From Gammaproteobacteria bacterium (GTDB lineage: Bacteria > Pseudomonadota > Gammaproteobacteria > UBA4575): a DNA stretch of 60,797 bases. Under the pieces are notes generated by a model. That model was not told the origin of the DNA, searched no databases, and saw only the letters and a list, made by a program, of their open reading frames with translations. Positions 1-7,381 of this stretch are shown one piece after another. A program made the position numbers and the translations under genes. The stretch lies in assembly GCA_045105815.1 (NCBI GenBank), contig JBGCDX010000039.1:1-60797 (forward strand). Direction: 5' to 3'. The stretch's first letter is position 1, and every line of letters begins with the position of its first letter.

Positions 1-1010
1 TCTAGTTTTTTGGCTTTTATTTCCAAATTCTCTGCTTCATTATGTAATTCTTCCGCAGTTCTTAATGTTTCCATGCTGCGCAATAGCAATAATTCTTTTG
101 CTTGCTCTGCAATGCAATTTAAGAGACTTGGATCCCCCACATCTAACTCAAATATTGCTGCAGTTTCTGTAATTTCCTGTGATATACCTTCTAAGTTAAA
201 AAGAAATGCATCTTTATTCATGCCTAGTATTTTTTCACATACACTCGCTGCATAATGAAAGTCTTTCTTACATTCATCACTACAAATACAATCAGCAATA
301 ACATTTGATACTTCTATACAGTTTTCAGCAGGTGTCGCATTCCCTACGTTTTCATATCTTTCTTCGTTATGGCTAATGGCTACTAAATTAATTATCCTTT
401 CAGGCAAATTCCATTTTTCTAGCAGCCAAGCACCTACTGAAGCATGATCAGCGCCGACAATATCTTTTTCAATTTGTTGAACAATTTTATGTTGATGTTG
501 GTCAGTATTAATATCAAGGTAAATATCAGGCACTGCTTTATCTAAAGCCAACATTCCAATATCTTGTAATAAGCCTGGCAAAAACAAATCTTCTTTTCTA
601 CTATCTATACCTACAACTTTTCCTAAATGTTTTGCAGCTACTGCTGCAGACACTGACCGTTTCCAAAAAAAGTTATAGTCGAGTCCTTTCGACTTTGAGG
701 AATCTATTTTTGATACTAGTGAAAAACTAAGCGCTAAGTTTAAGGTGCCATTCCATCCAAACATCATCACTGCTTGCTCCAGACTATCCACAGACACAGC
801 TCGTGAGTACATCGGAGAATTTGCCATACGTAATACTTTTACTGTCAGAGCAGGATCTAAACTGACAACCTCAGCTAACACAGAAATATTACTGCTTGAA
901 TCTGCGCTTAATCCAATAATCTGCTCTGCCACACCTGGTGGTGTTGGCAAATCAATACAACGTTCTAGTCGAGCAATCAGATCTAGATTTTTAAGCACAG
1001 TGGTTTTCAT
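1..1010 (-). CDS. HDOD-domain signalling protein, N-terminal part (gene runs off the left edge)
   Basis: Absent from the ORF track because its stop is off-window. Manual minus-strand translation from ATG 1010-1008 stays open to position 1: MKTTVLKNLDLIARLERCIDLPTPPGVAEQIIGL...LDPALTVKVLRMANSPMYS...GADHASVGAWLLEKWNLPERI, a typical HDOD pattern. It ends in a coiled-coil-like stretch, so an output domain probably lies off-window. Confidence 0.7.
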   Translation of the reverse strand, partial: MKTTVLKNLDLIARLERCIDLPTPPGVAEQIIGLSADSSSNISVLAEVVSLDPALTVKVLRMANSPMYSRAVSVDSLEQAVMMFGWNGTLNLALSFSLVSKIDSSKSKGLDYNFFWKRSVSAAVAAKHLGKVVGIDSRKEDLFLPGLLQDIGMLALDKAVPDIYLDINTDQHQHKIVQQIEKDIVGADHASVGAWLLEKWNLPERIINLVAISHNEERYENVGNATPAENCIEVSNVIADCICSDECKKDFHYAASVCEKILGMNKDAFLFNLEGISQEITETAAIFELDVGDPSLLNCIAEQAKELLLLRSMETLRTAEELHNEAENLEIKAKKL

Positions 1011-1116
1011 CCATTTTTATTGAGGCTTTATCCTTAACTACCCAGTGAAAAAGTACTCAATTCACTTATATAGGTTAACGGTAAGAATCTTATAATCTTG
1101 AGCAAAAATCTGACCT

Positions 1117-3240
1117 CTAAGTAACTCTTTTTGGCTTGCCAACTCCATAACCTTGAGCATAGTCAACACCAATATCCTTGAGAATATCGAGTATTTCGTT
1201 ATTTTCGACAAATTCAGCAATAGTTTGCATGCCCATAGCTTTGGCTACTTCATTGATAGAGCGGACAATTGCACGGTCTTTGTCATTTTCGACGATATTC
1301 TTGACGAATGCCCCATCAATTTTAAGATAATCAACGGGAAGATCCTTAAGATAACCGAATGATGATAAACCACTACCAAAATCATCTAGTGCAAACTTGA
1401 CCCCTATTGCTTTAAGTTTGGTAATAATATTAATAGCTTTTTTAATGCTAGAAATCGCTGCTGTTTCAGTAATCTCAAAGCAAACAGACTCAGGTTTTAA
1501 TTGTGAAGCTTTTAACTCTGCCTCAATAAAGTCTAAAGTATATGGATCACTGACAGTATTACCTGATAGATTTATAGATATCACCACATCACTCTCAGCA
1601 TGTTCTTGTCTATGAAATTGAAATGCTTTCCTAATAACAAAGCGATCAACATCTGTAATCATGCCGTAGCGTTCAGCTACTCTAATGAAATCATTCGGCG
1701 AAATAATATTACCTTTAGCATCAAGTATTCTAGAAAGAACTTCATAGTGAGGTACCTCATCATCTAGATTTGTTACAGATACAATTGGTTGTTTCATTAA
1801 AAATAATCGATCATTGTTCAATGCATCATTGATTTCGCTTACATATGAAAATTCTGATGATCGTTCTATAATTGCAGTATCATTTGTATGGGCAATATGC
1901 ATTTGATTACGGCCCAATTCTTTAGCCCGATAACAAGCCATATCTGCTTGACTCATAACCATTGCTTCATTAGTTGAATTTTCATCTATTATTGCAATAC
2001 CTATGCTCACGCCCACCTTAAATCTTTGCTTGTCCCATTCAAAAACATATTGATTAATGCCACGTAAAATATTTTCACATACCGCTACAGCATTATCTAA
2101 TGGGCAACCTTCTAGTATTATCCCAAATTCATCACCCCCTAAACGCGCTACTATATCTGAAGCACGTACCTTATCTTCTAGTATTTGGCATAAGCATATT
2201 AAAAGATTATCACCTGCTGCATGGCCAGCAGCATCATTAACTACTTTAAAATGATCTAGGTCTAGGTAACATAATATTGAATCTTCTTTTTTATCTTTGA
2301 TGCCAGTAAGTATACGTTTGAGCTGTTTTTCAAATTCATTACGATTTACTAAACCTGTTAAAGAATCATGCTTAGCATCATATGCAATTCTTTCAAGCAA
2401 GGATTTTTCTTCTGTAATACTTCTTATGACACCACGATATCCTTCAAATTCATTCTTATCGTTAAATATAGGCTTGGCATTTACTCTAAAAATATCTACT
2501 TCTTTGTTTTCATTTTTTACATTGAAGGTGAAATTTGAGATATCTCCCTTTTTCTGTAATATTTTTGTATATTCGTCAAAGTCAAATTCACATTTTTTGC
2601 TGTTTGAAAATAGAGTTTCAAAGCTTTTTCCTAAAGGATATATAGAACATTCACCGATGAGATTTGAAATTGATCCTGATATATATGAATAATTTAGATC
2701 TTTATCTAATTCCCAAAATATATTTGCAGCAGTTTCTGCAAAGTCCTTAAATCTCTTTTCACTCTGAATGAGTTTTTCTTTGGCAATTCTATGTTGAGTG
2801 ATGTTTGTACTCACACCAAGCTCATATATTTTACTATTTGATTTATCTAATAATGGCTGCTTAGTAGTTTGTAGCCATAATTTTTTGCCTTCTTTATCTG
2901 TGATCGTTTCCTCAAGAATTACTCTTTCTTGTTTGCTATGCATCACTACCGTATCTATTTTGATACAACTTTCCATATTCCATTCTTTATGAGTGATATC
3001 TTCGTTACCTTTACCAATCAGTTCTTTTACTGAAAACCCATACATATTTGCTATTGCTTCATTAACTAAAACAAATCTTCCATCAGCATCACGTACAGAT
3101 ATTAAATTAGGAACTTTGTCGATCACTTCTTGTAGAAGATCCATATCTTTTTTGAGTTGATCAATCTGCAATTGATATGGTGATTTTTCTGACAGATCTT
3201 CATCATCGAGCAAAAATAATTTTTTTCTGTTTGATTGCAT
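1117..3240 (-). CDS. PAS-PAS-GGDEF-EAL c-di-GMP turnover protein (EAL phosphodiesterase motifs intact)
   Basis: 707 aa ORF. RASD I-site followed by RLGGDEFGIIL. EAL-domain motifs YEVLSRI, CFEITE, DDFGSG, LKIDG, AQGYG. N-terminal PAS-like repeats. Confidence 0.9.
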   Translation of the reverse strand: MQSNRKKLFLLDDEDLSEKSPYQLQIDQLKKDMDLLQEVIDKVPNLISVRDADGRFVLVNEAIANMYGFSVKELIGKGNEDITHKEWNMESCIKIDTVVMHSKQERVILEETITDKEGKKLWLQTTKQPLLDKSNSKIYELGVSTNITQHRIAKEKLIQSEKRFKDFAETAANIFWELDKDLNYSYISGSISNLIGECSIYPLGKSFETLFSNSKKCEFDFDEYTKILQKKGDISNFTFNVKNENKEVDIFRVNAKPIFNDKNEFEGYRGVIRSITEEKSLLERIAYDAKHDSLTGLVNRNEFEKQLKRILTGIKDKKEDSILCYLDLDHFKVVNDAAGHAAGDNLLICLCQILEDKVRASDIVARLGGDEFGIILEGCPLDNAVAVCENILRGINQYVFEWDKQRFKVGVSIGIAIIDENSTNEAMVMSQADMACYRAKELGRNQMHIAHTNDTAIIERSSEFSYVSEINDALNNDRLFLMKQPIVSVTNLDDEVPHYEVLSRILDAKGNIISPNDFIRVAERYGMITDVDRFVIRKAFQFHRQEHAESDVVISINLSGNTVSDPYTLDFIEAELKASQLKPESVCFEITETAAISSIKKAINIITKLKAIGVKFALDDFGSGLSSFGYLKDLPVDYLKIDGAFVKNIVENDKDRAIVRSINEVAKAMGMQTIAEFVENNEILDILKDIGVDYAQGYGVGKPKRVT

Positions 3241-3451
3241 AATTGCAAATACTTATTGTTATTTAATGTGGTCCACAGCACTAAGCTGATTTGACATAAT
3301 TATTGAATTACCATAACAAGGGCATGTGCTTTCAGGATTCATTTTAATAGTTATTATGATTGGCTCACGCATGTAACTTATTTAATAAGTATATTTAGTT
3401 GATAGTTAATAAATGAAGATCAATCACTCCAAAACTATAGGCACTAATAAC

Positions 3452-3478
3452 TTATCGGCTTCATCAATAACTACTTTA
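3452..3478 (-). promoter_or_regulatory. sigma-28 (FliA)-type promoter facing the GGDEF-EAL gene
   Basis: Minus strand reads TAAA-GTAGTTATTGATGAA-GCCGATAA, an exact TAAA-N15-GCCGATAA match. It lies about 210 nt upstream of the ATG at 3240, with no convincing ORF between. Confidence 0.6.
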
Positions 3479-3511
3479 AGATCATATAACCTATTGTAAT
3501 TATTGAATTAT

Positions 3512-3712
3512 TTATGCTGAGTTAACTGAATCAAGTTCTGGCGGATGTATTAAATCTTTTTTACGGGAGTTAGATTTAGCCCCGTGAGCGGATAATGAGC
3601 ATGCAGCATTACAGTAAACTCCAAATCCTGGACTTAACTGTAAAAATCCTTGTGTGTAATAAATTGGCTGAAAAGTTATTCTTTCTTTACACCATGTACA
3701 TTTATGATACAT
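3512..3712 (-). CDS. small Cys-rich hypothetical protein (CxxC ... CxxxC, zinc-ribbon-like)
   Basis: 66 aa ORF MYHKCTWCKERITF...GVYCNAACSLS. A sigma-28-type promoter sits 27 nt upstream of its ATG. No family recognised. Confidence 0.45.
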   Translation of the reverse strand: MYHKCTWCKERITFQPIYYTQGFLQLSPGFGVYCNAACSLSAHGAKSNSRKKDLIHPPELDSVNSA

Positions 3713-3738
3713 ATCGATACGTCCGTATATAAGAAACC

Positions 3739-3765
3739 GTATCGACTAATATTCATAATACTTTA
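3739..3765 (-). promoter_or_regulatory. sigma-28-type promoter in front of the Cys-rich small ORF
   Basis: Minus strand reads TAAA-GTATTATGAATATTA-GTCGATAC (N15 spacing, CGATA core kept). The -10 box is one arm of an 8-bp inverted repeat (TCGATACG/CGTATCGA, 3714-3721 and 3738-3745). Confidence 0.45.
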
Positions 3766-3813
3766 ATTAAATAAATCTAAGTATCTGAAAAATATTGGAT
3801 TAAATGAATTTCA

Positions 3814-4275
3814 TCAAGCCGCTTTTGAATTTGAGTGTAGAGCTAATATTAATTCTGCTTCTGACTCTGTAAGCGAACATAATGAAATAATATCTTCTCT
3901 AGCATACCCTCGTCGCGCCAGTTGAACAGCCTGGGTATACGGCGCATTATTAAATAACTTTCCATCATTACTTGATGCTTCATCCGTTACAGATTTTTTC
4001 TCAACACTGTTTAGTGCCTTATTAAGCTCGTTTTGCCCAAGCTTCAACATTCCTAATTCCTCATCAATCAAACGATTAAAGCCCGTAATATCATCTATTT
4101 CATTAAATTGGGTTTTTTCTAACTTAATAACCTTTCTACTTACTATGAATGTCGACACTAGCATTACTAGCACCGAGAATAGTAAAACAGATTGTTCATA
4201 GCTAGCTCCAAATGCCAGGCCTATTTCATTCAAAAGACTCGTAATAGAATCATAATTAAAACTATAAATTTCCAT
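3814..4275 (-). CDS. DUF2802-like flagellar-cluster protein (single N-terminal TM, C-terminal helix-turn-helix-like tail)
   Basis: 153 aa. TM segment SVLLFSVLVMLVSTFIV. C-terminal YTQAVQLARRGYAREDIISLCSLTESEAELILAL resembles DUF2802 proteins, which sit at the end of fliA/che operons in Vibrio and Pseudomonas. Confidence 0.55.
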   Translation of the reverse strand: MEIYSFNYDSITSLLNEIGLAFGASYEQSVLLFSVLVMLVSTFIVSRKVIKLEKTQFNEIDDITGFNRLIDEELGMLKLGQNELNKALNSVEKKSVTDEASSNDGKLFNNAPYTQAVQLARRGYAREDIISLCSLTESEAELILALHSNSKAA

Positions 4276-4292
4276 AATTTCCTCTGTTTAGA

Positions 4293-4463
4293 TCATACGT
4301 ATTCATCAATTATCGTATCACCAGGATCTCTGCTTTCATCATTAGACTTAGGTTTATCATCTTGCTTTTTTTTATGCTGATTATTCTGATCAGGAGGATC
4401 TTTTTTAATTGGCTGTGCTGGCCAAGTCCTGGTTAAAGAACCAATTTTATTACTATCAACCAT
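4293..4463 (-). CDS. possible 56-aa lysine/aspartate-rich disordered protein between fliA and DUF2802
   Basis: Manual translation: MVDSNKIGSLTRTWPAQPIKKDPPDQNNQHKKKQDDKPKSNDESRDPGDTIIDEYV. Below the ORF-track size cutoff, with a weak RBS. It fills an otherwise 258-nt gap inside an operon. Confidence 0.25.
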   Translation of the reverse strand: MVDSNKIGSLTRTWPAQPIKKDPPDQNNQHKKKQDDKPKSNDESRDPGDTIIDEYV

Positions 4464-4533
4464 TTCAAAACTCTTAGATCATTAAATTATTCCTAATAGT
4501 CCTTTATGTGAATTAAATTAGTCCTTTTTACAG

Positions 4534-5268
4534 CTAGTTTTTATTTTCTAACCATTCGCTCAATCTTGCTCGTAACATTACTAAAGCTTTACCATGTATT
4601 TGACAAACACGTGATTCACTTACTTCTAAAAGTGCACCTATTTCACGCAAATTCATTTCTTCTTCATAATAAAGTGACATCACTAATCTTTCCCGCTCTG
4701 GCAATTGATTAATTGTAGAAGTTAATTCTGAATGAAATTTTTCATCTATATATTCTTTATCAGGATCTGAGTCAGAACTCATTTCCATTTTATAGTCGGT
4801 TGAATCTTCACTTTCATCAATGCTATAAATTTGAGCTACAGATGAATCTCGTAAAATTTTATTATATTCATTTAGTTCAACGCCCATCTCCTGAGCAATT
4901 TCTGTGTCTGTGGCACTTGATAATGTCCGATTTTCTACTTTCCGTATAGCTTCCATCATATCTCTAGACTTACGGTGGACAGATCTAGGAGTCCAATCAC
5001 CGCGTCTAATCTCATCTAACATTGCTCCACGAATTCGTATCCCTGCATAAGTTTCAAAACTAGCACCTTGAGTAGGATTAAAATTTCTAGCTGCTTCCAA
5101 TAAACCAACCATACCTGATTGAATTAAGTCATCTACTAAAACAGTATCAGGCAACCTTCCTTTTAAATGATATGCAATTCTTTTTACTAGAGAAGCATGC
5201 TGAGTAACAACACCTTCAATATCTAGATTTTGAACTGCCGTGTAACTAGCTGTTGCTGCATCATTCAT
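4534..5268 (-). CDS. fliA: flagellar sigma factor FliA (sigma-28)
   Basis: 244 aa. Sigma-70-family region 2 (DLIQSGMVGLLEAARNF) and region 4.2 HTH (LREIGALLEVSESRVCQIH). Located directly after flhG. Confidence 0.93.
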   Translation of the reverse strand: MNDAATASYTAVQNLDIEGVVTQHASLVKRIAYHLKGRLPDTVLVDDLIQSGMVGLLEAARNFNPTQGASFETYAGIRIRGAMLDEIRRGDWTPRSVHRKSRDMMEAIRKVENRTLSSATDTEIAQEMGVELNEYNKILRDSSVAQIYSIDESEDSTDYKMEMSSDSDPDKEYIDEKFHSELTSTINQLPERERLVMSLYYEEEMNLREIGALLEVSESRVCQIHGKALVMLRARLSEWLENKN

Positions 5269-5285
5269 AATATTCTTTTATTTTA

Positions 5286-6161
5286 TTATTGGTTTGACAA
5301 CTGGCGTTCTAGAAACAGTTCTACTGAACCACTAGCATTACTTGATATAGGCAGACTATTTACATGTCTGGCTAATCGAACAAAACCTAATGAGGAACGA
5401 CTAGCAGGATAAGCATCTATCACCGATTGCTGCTTCTTGATTGCCTTTTTTACATAATTATCATTTGGAATGTATCCACAATATTCTAATGAAGCTTCTA
5501 AAAAGTGATTTGAAACTTTTTCTAGTTGTGAAAATAATCTTTGGCCATGAGCACTCGACTCAACCATATTGGTAATAATCTGAAATTTTTGTTTTACACC
5601 TTTTTTACTTAATATTTTTATCAAAGCATACGCATCAGCTAATGATGCAGGCTCATCACAGACTACAATTAATATATTATTAGCTAGTTGTGTAAATAGA
5701 GAAACATTCTCACTTATGCCTGGAGCAGTATCGATAATGAAGTAATCTAAAGATGGGTTAAACTGACTGATTGAATCAATAATGCCCATATGTTCCCGGG
5801 CACTTAAATTAGCCATCTCTCTAACACCTGAAGCTGCAGGGATAATCTGAACTCCATGGGGTCCATTAAGTACAATATCTTCAATACCACACTCATTCTT
5901 TAATACATGGTGTAAATTCTTTCTTGCACGCATCCCTAACATTACATCAATATTAGATAACCCAAAGTCTGCGTCCAATAACATTACTCTTCTCTGAAGG
6001 TCTGCAAGCGCAATTGCTAAATTTATAGCAATATTGGATTTACCAACGCCTCCTTTACCACCCGTAATTGCTAATACATTAATCTCATCAATAACATTCA
6101 TATTTCTCAGCGATGAAGCTTGATCTATCGGCGTAACACTACAATTTTTCTGCTCAAACAT
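5286..6161 (-). CDS. flhG: MinD/ParA-type flagellar number regulator FlhG (FleN)
   Basis: 291 aa. Deviant Walker A GGKGGVGKS. Overlaps the flhF stop by 8 nt. Confidence 0.9.
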   Translation of the reverse strand: MFEQKNCSVTPIDQASSLRNMNVIDEINVLAITGGKGGVGKSNIAINLAIALADLQRRVMLLDADFGLSNIDVMLGMRARKNLHHVLKNECGIEDIVLNGPHGVQIIPAASGVREMANLSAREHMGIIDSISQFNPSLDYFIIDTAPGISENVSLFTQLANNILIVVCDEPASLADAYALIKILSKKGVKQKFQIITNMVESSAHGQRLFSQLEKVSNHFLEASLEYCGYIPNDNYVKKAIKKQQSVIDAYPASRSSLGFVRLARHVNSLPISSNASGSVELFLERQLSNQ

Positions 6162-7335
6162 TTTTTACTAACTCACTATATAATTCAGTTGAATGTAGAG
6201 ACTCCATACTTCCAAATCTCTCCCCATAATCTAAAGCTTTTGCTATTATTTCATCTTGATTTGGTCGACAAATATCTTCCGGAACGCTTTGGCCTGTAGT
6301 TTCATAAGCCAGTGACAGATTTTGTTCTATAAGTGCAGTCAAAATCCCACCAATCTGTGAAGCTTCATCAGTTTTACTCACTACAACACCACTTAGACCC
6401 TCTGACATAAAGTTATTAATGGTTTCTTTTTGAACACAGAGCTGTGAGTTTGCTGAGATGACTAAATAAGTAATCAAATCTTTTGATAATTTACTTAGTG
6501 CAAGCATTTCTTCTTTCACACGTGGATCACGTTGACTTAACCCAGCAGTATCAATCAGTATAAGTTTTTTATTTTTAACCACATGAAGTGCTTTAAGAAG
6601 TTCAGTTTCATTATTGGCCGTAAGCACAGGGACGTTAAGGATACTTCCATAGATACTTATCTGATCATGTGCTCCTATACGATAGTGATCAGTACTAATT
6701 ATCGCTACATCTTGATTACCATGTTGCATAGCATATTGAGCCGCTATTTTGGCAATTGTAGTAGTTTTCCCAACTCCTGTAGGACCCACTAATGCAACCA
6801 TACCGCCATCTTCTATGACATTACCTTGAGTAATCGACACCTTATCTTTCAAATTACTTTCTATTAAGCTCCATGATTCATCAAAATTATTAATATTTTT
6901 AGCAACATCTAATAATTTTTTGCTTAAATTAAACCCAAAACCACTTATAGATAACTTTTGTAATAATTTCCTAGTAGATGTGTTTTGAGAAATAATTTTT
7001 CTCCAACTAATTAATTCCGTTTGAGACTCAATAATTGCACGCAATTGGCTAATTTCTTGCTGTATAGCTGATGTATCAAACTCATGAACTAAAGGTTCAT
7101 GGAATGACTGACTATTTGTTTCTGATTTCTCATTTACAATAGCATCACTTTCATAAACTTTTGAGCTTGATACAACATCACTATTTGCAACAGCTTCGTA
7201 ATCTGTTGCAGCTACCACTTCAACTCCAGTCGAATTCTGATTTGAGGAAATAATTACAGCATCATCACCAAGTTCTTCACGGATTTTCTGAAGAGCTGTA
7301 TGCATATTTTTCTCATTAAATCTTTTCATGTCCAT
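6154..7335 (-). CDS. flhF: SRP-type GTPase FlhF (flagellar placement)
   Basis: 393 aa. GPTGVGKTTT, DTAG and SKTDE G-motifs. N-terminal MKRFNEKNMHTALQKIREELGDDAVIIS is typical of FlhF. The start may be the second Met at 7329. Confidence 0.9.
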   Translation of the reverse strand: MDMKRFNEKNMHTALQKIREELGDDAVIISSNQNSTGVEVVAATDYEAVANSDVVSSSKVYESDAIVNEKSETNSQSFHEPLVHEFDTSAIQQEISQLRAIIESQTELISWRKIISQNTSTRKLLQKLSISGFGFNLSKKLLDVAKNINNFDESWSLIESNLKDKVSITQGNVIEDGGMVALVGPTGVGKTTTIAKIAAQYAMQHGNQDVAIISTDHYRIGAHDQISIYGSILNVPVLTANNETELLKALHVVKNKKLILIDTAGLSQRDPRVKEEMLALSKLSKDLITYLVISANSQLCVQKETINNFMSEGLSGVVVSKTDEASQIGGILTALIEQNLSLAYETTGQSVPEDICRPNQDEIIAKALDYGERFGSMESLHSTELYSELVKNV

Positions 7336-7381
7336 ATTTTTAATCCTTTCATATTTAACTAACCAAAAATATAATAGTTAG

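Noticed and set aside
10-1023. Plus-strand ORFs 10-255 and 745-1023 from the ORF track.
   Set aside because: They lie antisense to a continuous, motif-rich HDOD reading frame on the minus strand. Their translations are low-complexity with no recognisable features.
1153-2992. Five plus-strand ORFs (60-131 aa) inside the GGDEF-EAL gene.
   Set aside because: They are antisense shadows of a well-supported 707-aa gene. They are Ser/Leu/Phe-rich, as expected from the reverse complement of an AT-rich coding strand.
3259-3342. 27-aa mini-ORF (MNPESTCPCYGNSIIMSNQLSAVDHIK), and the idea of a c-di-GMP riboswitch in the long leader of the GGDEF-EAL gene.
   Set aside because: There is no RBS, and I see none of the GC-rich conserved helices expected of GEMM-type riboswitches. 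The leader may still be regulatory, but I cannot support a specific element.
4303-4340. TACGATAA box inside the 56-aa ORF as a sigma-28 promoter for DUF2802.
   Set aside because: The -35 position reads GAAA/AAAG at the wrong spacing, and there are two mismatches at the start of the -10 box.
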